From Octopus sinensis (Eukaryota), in NCBI RefSeq assembly GCF_006345805.1, contig NC_043006.1, positions 28,334,001 to 28,398,000 of the forward strand: a stretch of 64,000 nucleotides of DNA, in the 5' to 3' direction. A model generated the notes under the pieces. It did no database searches. It had not been told where the DNA came from and saw only the letters and a program-made list of their open reading frames with translations. The position numbers and the translations under genes were made by a program. Of the stretch, positions 1 to 12,123 are shown piece after piece. Position 1 is the first letter of the stretch; each line of letters begins with the position of its first letter.

Positions 1-92
1 CAACTAAAAATTCTTCAAGGTGGTGCCTCAGCATAGCTGCACTCTAATGACTGAAACAAGTAAAAGATAAAAAATAAAAGATATATATATAT

Positions 93-280
93 ATCAAAAT
101 AAGCAACAAGTATATCCAAGGTAATGTGGTACGATCGTTTCATGTTACTTCATTTTATTAAACGCTGTAAGCATTACATGAGTTTTAAAACTGATGTAAT
201 GCTTACAGTGTTTAATAAAATGAAGTAGCATGAAACAATTGTACCACATTACCTCGGATATACTTGTTGCTTATTTTGAT
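93..280. repeat. 188-bp imperfect palindrome (centre 186/187), probably a Penelope-type inverted pLTR remnant
   Basis: Arms atcaaaataagcaacaag...gagtttt and aaaactgatg...cttgttgcttattttgat are reverse complements; many mismatches are CpG transitions. Confidence 0.85.
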
Positions 281-376
281 TGTAATCACCCCATGGATTT
301 ATATGGATAATACCATACAAAATTCTGGTGCCTTTGATTTAAGTACCATATTCATCTGAATCTAAATTTTGCTGAA

Positions 377-409
<33 letters not shown>

Positions 410-1153
410 TCATTTAACCACTGTTTTTCATGCTGTCATGGGTTGAATGGTGAGATCAGAGGGGGGGGGTGCACTAGACTAGTCTGATTTGGAATGGTTT
501 TTACAGCTGGATGCCCTTCCTAAAGCTAATCGCTTTACAGAGTGTGCATGATGCTTTTATGTAGCACCAGAAGGGTGCTTTTATGTGTCATTGCATAGGT
601 GCTTTTAGCATGGAAAAAATGGATGACAAGGTATATATCTTTCTTCTACTTAATCATGTTTAACAACTTAAAAACATGAGGATTTCTAACGAAGAGAGAG
701 TGAGAGAAATGATGGCTTTAATATACAAATTAGAAGAATTGGGATGTGGAGTCAGTGGGAAGTAATAGCAGTTGTGAAGGGATATAAAGTAAAATAGCTT
801 TAACTCAGAACGTCATGTATGTGATTTGCAAGGGGCTATGTCAAACGTAAACCACAACAGTAATATACTGAAGGAAAAACAGAGAAAAAAGTAGGAAAAG
901 GAGACTTATATGTCTTTATTTTGTACATGTGTGTGAGTATATATTTATGTGTAAGTATGTATGTATGTATGTATATATAAATACAGTCTCACACACACAT
1001 ATATATTATAATTTACATATATGTGTGTGTGTGTGTATGTTTATAAAATATTTGTACTGTGCATAAACATGGAAATATGCAATAGATAAATATATATATA
1101 TATATTGGTAAAACGGTAAGATAACAAAAGATATATATATATATATATATATA

Positions 1154-1380
1154 TTTCCTTACTGCCCACAAGGGGCTAAACATAGATGGGACAAACAAGG
1201 ACAGACAAAGGGATTAAGCCGATTACATCGACCCCAGTGCAAACTGGTACTTTATTTATCAACCCCGAAAGGATGAAAGGCAAAGTCAACCTTGGTGGAA
1301 TTTGAACTCAGAACGTAACGGCAGACGAAATACAACTACGCATTTCGCCCGGCGTGCTAATGTGTCTGCCAGCTCGCCGA
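1154..1380 (-). mobile_element. tRNA-derived SINE, family A
   Basis: Minus strand has A-box-like TGGCAGACACATTAGC, B-box GTTCAAATTCC and central gcctttcatcctttcggggttgataaa; the same family recurs across the window. Confidence 0.85.
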
Positions 1381-1951
1381 CCTTATACATATGTTATATG
1401 TATATAACATATACATATATATAAACTATATGTATCATATACATGGAAATATATCATATACACAAACATACACACACACACATAGTATACAGATATATAA
1501 TAGATATGTATGTTTTTAAATAATAAAATTGAGTACATTTATATGTAATGCATCTGTATATACTCAAACATAGAAGGGTGTTGTTTGACTGGACACAAGG
1601 ATTAAATATAAACGTACACAGTTTATTTTAACCATTGTGGCTTAGTGTGCCTTTGATTAAAGAATGTTTTTGTACTTTGAGAGGATAATTTGGCCAATAA
1701 AAACACATGCACTAGTTGTATTTCACTTTTTATTATTATAAGTCAATTAACAGATTGATTGAACAAATTATTGTTAAAAACAATTAAGTAGTTTATTAGT
1801 TAATTAATTAGCTAGTTGACTGATAATAATAATGATAAAATTGATATACAACCAGTGCATGTACTTTTGCTGGTAAAATGATCCTCCCCAAGTATGTCAA
1901 CATCTGTTTCAACACAATTTGATATCAAGAATCTTGCAAAACAAATACAAG

Positions 1952-2000
<49 letters not shown>

Positions 2001-2375
2001 CAAAATAAAAACAGGATGCAAAGGATTTAGCGGTACATATGTTTCTGGCTTTATTGGACAGTTTATATCAATGCATAATTGATGTAACATGTATGTCAAT
2101 AGCCTTATATGTACCGCTAAATCCTTTGCATCCTGTTTTTCTTTTGATAAATATACCCTATCACCTACACCACTGACTAGCATATACAGGTGCTTACAGT
2201 TATCAAGTATTCACCCTGAATTTTTTGTACCAAACTCACCTACGTTGTCACCCGGACTGGATCCTATATATATATATACATACACACACACATATACATA
2301 CATGGACACACATACACATATATATACATACAAACATTATACATATATATATATAAATATATAAACAATTGCAGC

Positions 2376-2547
2376 CATTCAAAAACACACAAAAACTGTT
2401 AGTTTCACTTCAACATTTAATTTTCATTTGTGTCAAAAAATTTTCATGGCCTGTTCACTGATAAAACTTGGTGCTGCATCTGAGAGAGTAACAATTAGTT
2501 CATGATATGTATGTATGTATGCACGCACACAAACACACATACATACA

Positions 2548-2578
<31 letters not shown>

Positions 2579-2721
2579 CATGAACTAATTGTTACTCTCT
2601 CAGATGCAGCACCAAGTTTTGTCAGTGAACATGTCATGGTTTTTAAGCAATGAAAATAGTTTGACACAAATGAAAATTAAATGTTGAAGTGAAACTAACA
2701 GTTTTTATGTGTTCTTGAATG
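2376..2721. repeat. Inverted repeat (about 145-bp arms) with an (ATAC)n-type spacer
   Basis: 2376-2520 is the reverse complement of about 2565-2721, with a small indel. Confidence 0.85.
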
Positions 2722-2803
2722 ACTTACAAATATCTTCTGTGCTGCAATTATTTTTGTTTCAGCATATGATCTCAGATCAAGTCATTCACTATGCAAGTAC
2801 ATC

Positions 2804-2844
<41 letters not shown>

Positions 2845-3245
2845 TTCACTATGATAGATTGCTAGCCACTACACATGCTTTATTTTCTCTCCTTGTTTCT
2901 TTCTATGTTCCTTTCTGTGGAAGTGCATAGGCTCAAAACGTTAAAGACTTTTTCAATTCCCGAGCGTTAAACTAATACATTTGTTTGTTGTCTACACCAC
3001 CTGTCTTCGTCATTTGTTTTTTTATGAATTCTCCCATAATATATATATATACTTACATATACATACATATATATATTCACACATGCACATATATATATTC
3101 ACACATGCACATATATACACACACATGCATATATATATATCATAATCTTACAGCTGTTTCAACTAAGAATCACTCATTACTATGTAATGAGTAAAGTATT
3201 ATATCAGTCCAAATCACAGAAAGCTTAAGAATAATTAAAGTCCAA

Positions 3246-6200
3246 TCACTTAGAATCATCATCTGAGTCTTCATCACTGCTGTCAGAATAAGCTTGCAAA
3301 TAATCCAGACCTGAAGATACAGTGTTTGAAGAACTTAACAAATCTGATTTTGGATCTGAATCTGAACTTGCAGGAATAATTGAACTCATGAATTTGTCTT
3401 TACCACTTTTTTCAGTCCCTTTGGGTAGTTTGACTCCCAGAATTTGACACTTTGCTGTAATTGAACTGGGTGTGTGTATGGTGGTGGTGGTGGTGGTGGT
3501 GTTGGTGGAAGATGGTGATTTGGTACTTGATGATAAGTGCAGATCATCGAAGACACTCTTCTTGCTTTTAAGAAGAGATTCAGCAATGCATCTTTTAGCC
3601 ATATCTAATTTCTTATCACGAGAAGGAGTCAATAAATGGGAAGAGAGTTTGTCACAACTTGACAGAGCAGCTGATATTTGATTTCTTTTCTCCTTTTGAG
3701 AAATACTGGAATCTGGTGAAAAGAATTAAAGAGAAAAAAAAAGAATCTTGTTTTAATACATATATGTACCACATGTGTGTGTGTGTGTGTGCGTTTTTAT
3801 ATATGTGTATGTATATATATATTTATATAATGTGTATAACAATTAACCAGGTGTAGAACAACAAAAGTAGACCTCAGATACTACTGAAGTAGAGGAATAT
3901 AATTGATATATTATACAAACATGGAATACTTACAGTACTTAGAGTTTCCTGACAAGTTACAGATGTGAAGTTATCCAATCAGTAATCCATGCACATGCCA
4001 CCGTTCTTCATCACACAATAACTGATGAATGGTGACATGTGTATGGAAAAAGAAAAACTTATCAGAAATGAAATAATTTTAGATCTGTGGCTTGCTAGAC
4101 AACTCCGAGTACTGTATATATATATGCTCCGTGTTTGTATAATACACATGCACACACACATATATAGGTGTGTAGTAGTTTGCTTGAAACCTTATAAAAT
4201 TGTAAAGTTTAATGGAAAGCTTCATACAATGTAAAAGAATGTATAATTTAATAATTTCTTATATTTTGAGTAAGGTACCAATCAACAAAATGGTTCATTA
4301 TTCATTGTTATAGTATTAGCAATAGCATTGGTGGTAGTAGTAGTATTAGTACTTGTAGTAGTAGTAGTACTTGTAGTAGTTGTAGTACTTGTAGTACTAC
4401 CATTTAAAGATTTCCTGTCTACTACCCTGACAATACGCTCCATTCATCCTCAACAAGCCCCCAATTTTGACAGTAAACTTTCTATAGGGAATCCATATTT
4501 TACATTTGCAGAATTATACCAATACATGCTTCCACTTTTCCATATCTCAGCTTGCTGCCTTTGATACCAACCCAGCTGAAACTGGCTCTGGCTCTCAGTA
4601 CAAATGTCTTGTTTTCAAAAGTTTTGAATTATAATCTTCCATCAAACCTTAGTCACAATTTATGTTCCTAACACTAGCTTAATGATAACCAAGTTATTTT
4701 ACTAAATCCTTTGTTATATTTAAAGTAATTGAAATAAACACAGAGCATCTCAAAATAAATAAGAAAGCAAAGTTCAAGGAACCTTGTCTACTTCTCTGAA
4801 TAAAGGTAATGAATTTTATGTTTTTACACAAGTCACCTATAATGAGTTTGTGTATAAACATTTCAATGATAAAGATATATATAACAAGGTTAGAGGAGTT
4901 GTGCCAGTCCAGATCAAAGCAAACTGCCAATCAACGTTAACATCAACTTCACAATGTGCAGTCAACTTTCTTCATTCTACAACATCATCAAGACACACAA
5001 ACATCACCATCATCATCATCGTTTAACGTCCGTTTTCTGGGCTAGCACGGGTTGGACGGTTTGACCGGGGTCTGGGAAGCCAGGAGGCTGCACCAGGCTC
5101 CAGTCTGATCTGGCAGTGTTTCTACAGCTTGATGCCCTTCCTAATGCCAACCACTCCGTGAGTGTAGCGGGTGCTTTTTACGTGCCACCTGCACAGGTGC
5201 CAAGGGAGCCTGGCAGCGGCCATTTTGTTGGTGCTTTTTACATGCCACCAGCACAGAAGCCAGTCAAGGTGGTGCTGGCATCAGCCACATTTGGATAGTG
5301 CTTTTTACGTACCACCGGCACAGGTATCACAACTACAATTTCCATTTGATATTTATTTTGATGTTGATGTACTTGACTCAATAGGTCTCCTCAAGCACAG
5401 CAGGTCATGTGCCACCGGCACAGAAGCCAGTCAAGGTGGTGCTGGCATCGGCCACATTTGGATGGTGTTTTTTACGTGCCACCGGCACAGGTATCACAAC
5501 TACAATTTCCATTTGATATTTATTTTGATGTTGATGTACTTGACTCAATAGGTCTCCTCAAGCACAGCAGGTAACCCTACGATCCAAGGTAAGCACAGCA
5601 GGTCGTTCTGCAATCCAAGGTACTTTAGATGGGCTGGGGCTATGCGAAACTGGTGCAGGAAGCAGCCATGAACTCACATTATTTGTCAGGTCTTTGCAGT
5701 CACAGCATATCTCCAAAGATCTTGGTCTTTTGTCATTGCTTCTGTGAGGCCCAATGTTTGAAGGTCATGCTTGACTACCTCATCCCATGTCTTCCTGGGT
5801 CTACCTCTTCCCCGGATACCTTCAACTGTTTGGGAGTGGCACTTCTTCACACATCTCTCCTCATCCATCCACAGTACATGACCATACCAGTGCAAACATC
5901 TCTCTTGCACACCACATCTCATGCTTCTTATGTCCAGCATTTCTCTCAGGGTGCTTACACTCTGTCGCGTGTGCACACTGACATTACACATCCAGCGGAT
6001 CATGCTAGCTTCATTTCTTTCAAGCCTACGCATGTTCTCTGCAGTCACAGCCCATGTTTCACTACCATGAAGCATGGCAGTTCGCACACATGCACCATAC
6101 AATCTACCAATCTACCTTTCACTCTGAGCAAGAGACCCTTTATCACCAGTAGGTGTAGGAGCTTTCTAAACTTTGCCCAGACTATTCGTATTCTAGTGGT

Positions 6201-7528
6201 GACACTCTCTGAGCATCCACCAGGGATCTAATATTAATTTAGACCAGTGGTTCTCAACCAGGGTCCATAGATTTTTGGGGTTCCACACAAAATAGTAAAG
6301 TGGATACACACAGTAGTATATTAAGGGTTCATGAAAATGTTTTGATTTTGATGTATTTATTGGAAGAAGCAGCAAGGTTTCTTTCTGTAACATTTTACAT
6401 GGTTCAATCTAAATAATGTTTGTAAAACTAAATAGGAATTTTGAAAGAAGTATCTATAAAACTAGTTTTTAAACATTGAGAGGTTAAGGGAGTCCGCCAG
6501 AGTAGAATAGTAATCAAAGGGGTTCACAAATAGAAAAAAATGGTTGAAAACCACTGGTTTAAACTGATAGTCTCCAACAAAGAAGGTCCATATAGAATCT
6601 TCTGGCTCTTCTCCATGGCTATGAAATTGTTGTTATCAACCTTCCTGTCTCAGAAGAGGTCATTCTATGTCAACTAGAGCTCAACACCTGCAAATATAGT
6701 GCACTTAATCTTGACATTATTTTTCTATAAACCCTACTACCTATTCTCACTGCTATCTGAATACATCACTTCCTTCAAACTTGTACTGTTTAGAGCTTAC
6801 AACAGCTGCACTGGTATGAAGAGGTAAATAAAATATTTGAGACATTTAACAGCATAGATGAATGCACAGGCCTTCATAATTGTGATTATATTGGAGGATT
6901 ATATTGTTAAATAAACATAGGTGTTAGTACAAGACGATTTAAAATCTGAAGTGGTCAGAAATAGAAAGGAAATGATGCCATAAACATTCAAACCTTTTGT
7001 TGTTTCATAATGTAACAAACCAGCCAGTCGAACATCATCTTCATGCTCTTTAACAAGAGGAATTGACAGCGAGGATCGTTTCTGGATTTCTTGGTCAGCT
7101 TCAAGAGAAGCTTGTTCAGATTTTTTATGTTCCTAAAACAGAGAAAGATAGGAAAAGAGTGAAAGTGAGAAAGGTAGAGAGAGAAAAGACAGAGAAGGAG
7201 AAAGAGAGACAGAGGAAAATGAGAAGTGGCAGAGAGGGAGGAAGAGACACAGAAAGAGGTAAAGAGAGAAGAAAAGAGATAATGTGAGTGGAAGAGAAAG
7301 ATTGAGAAAGAGTGAGAGACGAAAGAAGGAGAGAAAGGAAAAAATGATACATAAACATTAAATTTGGCAGCTGACAATTCAAAACTATTCTAGGATAGTT
7401 CCGCTTAGGTCTTAACTCTGTAGAATCACTCAAGAATTCCACAAAGATGAAAAGTCAGCGTTAACAACAAGAGCATAAAATGTATTTTTGTAAGTAAGGA
7501 TTATTGTATGAATGTCACAGTTGACTCA

Positions 7529-7559
<31 letters not shown>

Positions 7560-10500
7560 GGATGAGGAGGAGGAGGAGGAGGAGGAAAATCATGATGAAG
7601 GAGATGATGATGATAGTGGAAATTGTGATGAAATCACAGACAGAAGCTACTAGACCAAATCTGTAGTACTCACCCGAAACTTGCTGCGAGCCAAGGAATT
7701 TAGGATGAAATCATCTCTGTACACTTCCTGTTTTTCTTCCAGTTCAGCAAGACTTGGAAGCCCAGTTACCAGTTTTTGTTTATCATCAGAACCATGTTCC
7801 AATTTATACATGGCATCTTTCACCAGCTTTTTCTGAGTGTCTTTATCTGTAAAGACATTGTGCACAAACAATATTCTAATCATGTTGTATTACCATTAAT
7901 TATAGATGAAGTCTACCATATCCAATGAGGCATTAAGATCCTTTACTTAATAGATAACAATTTTTTTTATTATTTTATATTTTGTTTGGTCTGCAGGAAG
8001 GAACTGTAAGTGGTCATAGTATTTGAATAACTTTTGAGAGAAATATTCTTCTGGAATAACTGCAGGAAAGACATGAGCAGTGGAGGAAATCCAGAGGAAT
8101 TACATACAGGGTGAGACAGAATTAGACATATTGGCTAGTGCAAGGTATGGAAGAGGGGTGCAGCTACAATATTGATTAAAAAGAAGAAAGAAACATGAGT
8201 CAATTAGGCTTTGGTGGATGTGGCTTGACATTAACCAGCTTTAGGGAGTAGAGGTCACTGTAGTTGCAATAGCTAAGTCAGTAAGAGGAGACACAGAACA
8301 TCCAGGGACCAGAGGTTGAGTGTGTTGATGTGTATCTCCATAACAATCAGTCAGGTAGGCTTTTTTGTTTTTTGCAGTAATCTAAGTTGTTTGTATGTGA
8401 TGCAGCAACATTGACCTAAATGTGGGAGCAATACTCCATTGTGAATCTCACATAAACTGAGCAGTGATGATACTCATACCTCCTAAATAGTGTTGGTGAC
8501 CTGACTTGATGAGAAGACCTGTTGGATAATCAGCTTTGAAATACTAAGCATGGAATACTGGTTATTTTGATTTTTTTTCAACAAATCTCAAATGACCTGG
8601 ATTTTAGGGACATGGATGTGATGTGGTATAATATTCTTTTGCATAAGAAGTTAAATGGCCCCAACTGAGGATAGAGACAGTATTGTAGTTTTATCTTGCA
8701 GAGAGTTTACCTTTTAATCTACAGTATTTATTAGCCCTACAATATTGGTTTTAACTTAGCACATAGATATAAAATTGTCAAGTCAAGGTATTAAGCTCAA
8801 ACAATATACTTAATGTCATAAAGAAGAAGAGAAATGAAACATTCTCTTCATTGAGAAAAGTAAAATGTCTGCTGGTGCTGTTTGGTAAATATACCATTTA
8901 TCTATCCTGTGATACTAATGGAAATTTCATCTATCTTAGACAAAGGCTTCTACCTAAAACATTATACTTGTCTTCTTCCTCGAAAGAATAAACACATTCT
9001 CACTGTTAGAATTATTTGTATTATTGTTTGCTGACACAGAACATAACTGTTTTTTTTTTATTATTCTGCTGCTTTATAACAATTGATGGAATTTCCCCAG
9101 TAAATGACTGGTACCTTTTTTAACTGACCTCAGAACAATGAGAAACAATGTCAAATCCAGTGGACCTTAAACTTAGAAGGTAAATAAATACCACCAGATC
9201 TACTACAGGGCAACTGACTGGCAGAAATGGTAAAATGCCTTGCAGTATTTAGTTACAGCACTTTATGTTTTGAGTTCAACCCTGCTACAATTAATTTTGC
9301 TTTTCATCCTTCCACAGTCAAGTACTGGTGTTAATATAATGAACAATGCTTCCTCCTGCCTAACATTGGTCAAATCTGTGGTCATGTGCCATTGATAGAG
9401 CAACAAGCTGGCCTTCGTGCTGATGGCACATTAAACACACCATTTGAGTGTGATCGTTACCATGTCGCCTTACTAGCACCTGTGCTGGTGGCATGTGAAA
9501 CATTCGAGCGAAGTCGTTGCCAGTGCCGCTGAACTCGCTCCTGTGCAGGCGGCACATAAAAAGCAACATTTGGGCATGGCCGTTGCCAGTTCCACCAAAC
9601 TGGCCCTCGTGCTGGTGGCACGTAACAGCACCCACTACACTCTCAGAGTGGTTGGCATTAGGAAGGGCATCCAGCTGTAGAAACTCTGCCAGATCAGATT
9701 GGAGTTTGGTTCGCCAGACCTCAGTCAAATCGTCCAACCCATGCTAGCATGGAAAGCGGACGTTAAATGATGATGATGATTATGATGATGATATATTATC
9801 TATACACCAAGGTAGTAGAATGGTTTCTTTTGATTAGATCCAGGACTAAATGCTCATGTAGGGTAAAGTTACAGTTAAATGAATGGATCTAAGATAAATT
9901 GACTCTAGCTGGAGACTAAACTTAGAACCAAGATAATTGAAACTAAATACTGTAATGTAATTATCATCAGAACTATTTTTTAAACTTAAGCCATCTTCAT
10001 TACTCTTATTAATCTATAAATAACAAATGCTCTAGTCTTGTGTGATAAACTGTACCTGTTGTCCAATTTAACTCTTGATATTAACTCACTTCAAAACAGC
10101 CCCTGGTTCTACAATACAAACTTCCAGTTTAAAATTACCTAAATTAAAAGTTTTCTTCAAAATTTCATGTTAATTTATGTATCAAACACCAGTTTAATAA
10201 TGACAAAATTATTTTACTTAATTCTTTATTATTTTCAAAATGAATTGACTTAAAGGCAGCATGTGTCAACAGTAAATAGGGTAAAGACCCCCTTCAGTCA
10301 TGAATGACCAAGGGATTGCACCTGGAAAGTTCTCCTCTGAGGCACAAGTCCAGGCAAGGTTGTTTATGGAAGACCAGCAGTAGCTCATGTATACCAGCCT
10401 CCCTTCTTCATGACACTGATGTTATCCAAAAGCTAATACAGCTTGGCACCAGTGATGTGGCAACTCAATTCTACAGCTGAGTGAACTGGAGCAACATGAA

Positions 10501-11313
10501 ATAAAGTGTCTTGCTCAAGAACACAACACACAACTCTATCCAGTATCTGAACTCACTAGCTCATGATTGCGAGTTCAATGCTCTAACTACTGAACCATGC
10601 ACCTTCATATATGAACAGTAATACGGTAAAAAAAACCATCACCACCTGGTCCTTGTGTGCCTCAAGCATAGTCCACTTTGATACAAGCTCTTAAACTATC
10701 TTGAGTGAACAATAACAGTATTTTAATGCAATTTTCAACTGTGTTGTGGTTTCTTCCTCACCACAAGGTTGTGCACAAAGCAATGGTACTGCCTCTCCAT
10801 TTTTCACTAAATCATAATAATTAAAAGGAGAAAATAGGTAAAGTAAAATTGACTTCAAGAAGAACAGAACTACACAAGTAAAAGGCTGTAACTATTACAT
10901 GACATTTAGCCTGGCAGTATGAAGTTTCTGCTAATGATAAAATATTACGCAAAAAAACTAACCTTCAGGAACAATTTGTTCATTTTCTTTTGGGTCCCAC
11001 CTCTGTTCTTTACGTCTTGCTCCACTTAATATCACATAATCATGATTCTGTGAAAAAAGAAATTTAATTTTTCAGATTAACTGAAATTAGTATTATAATT
11101 CTTTCTACTATAAGCACAAAATCTCACATTTTTGGAGGAGGGGGGGATAGTTGATATACATCAACCCCAATGTTTGACTGGTACTTATCTCATTCACCCC
11201 AAAAAGATGAACGGCAAAGTCAACTTTGGCAGAATTTGAACTCAGATCAACAGCTGGACAAAAAGTTGCTATGGATTTCGTCCTAAATATTAACAATTCT
11301 GCCAGCTCACTCC

Positions 11314-11346
<33 letters not shown>

Positions 11347-12084
11347 GGTGGTGGTTTCAAATTTTCGTACAAAACTGGCAATTTTGGAGGAGAAGGTAAG
11401 ACAATTACATTGACCCCAGGGTTCAACTGGTACTTATTTTATTAACTCTGAAAGGATGAAAAGCAAATTTGAACTTGGAAGAATTTGAATTCAGGACATA
11501 GAGACAGACAAAATGTTGCTAAGTATTTTGCTCAGTGTGCTAATGATTTTAGCATGGTTTTTACAGCCGGATGCCCTTCTAAATGCCAACCACTTTACAG
11601 TGTGGCCTTTTTAAGTAGCACCAGCAATGGTAGGGTCACCGAGTTACTTGCAAGATAAAGATCTTTTGAGAGTGGTGGTGGTGGTGGGGCAATGGAGCAG
11701 GTGGCCTTGTGCCAGATAATGAGAGGTTAAAGTGTGATAGAGGGATAGAAAAGGCAGTGAGCTGGCAGGAACGTTAGCATGCCAGGCGAAATGCTTAGTG
11801 GTATTTCGTCTGCTGTTACTTTCTGAGTTCAAATTCTGCCGAGGTCGACCTTTGCCTTTCATCCTTTCAGGGTCGATAAATTAAGTACCTGTTACGCACT
11901 GGGGTCGATGTAATTGACTTAGTCCCTTTGTCTGTCCTTGTTTGTCCCCTCCATGTTTAGCCCCTTGTCGGCAATAAAGAAATAAGAGGGATGGAAACAG
12001 GTGTCTTGCTGCAGAGGAGATACATGGTTTTATATATATATATATATATATATATACATACACACACACACTGAGATACATGGT

Positions 12085-12123
<39 letters not shown>

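Noticed and set aside
1812-2183. 123-aa ORF with a protein-like segment (ETDVDILGEDHF)
   Set aside because: It spans an (AT)n tract, and the segment is one arm of a diverged inverted repeat (1671-1720/1846-1895).
2900-2950. Possible hammerhead remnant ctttctgtggaagtgcataggctcaaaacgttaaag
   Set aside because: Both core halves are mutated; it cannot be supported without a family consensus.
5629-6231. 200-aa plus-strand ORF
   Set aside because: Antisense shadow of the RTE LINE ORF.
6988-7442. Long ORFs over the purine/pyrimidine tract
   Set aside because: Low-complexity intron. The real exon 6994-7132 is in a different frame from the listed 129-aa ORF.
7525-7625. (GAT)n/(GAG)n tract resembling an acidic coding exon
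   Set aside because: It lies in the intron between 7132 and 7674 and is not needed for frame continuity.
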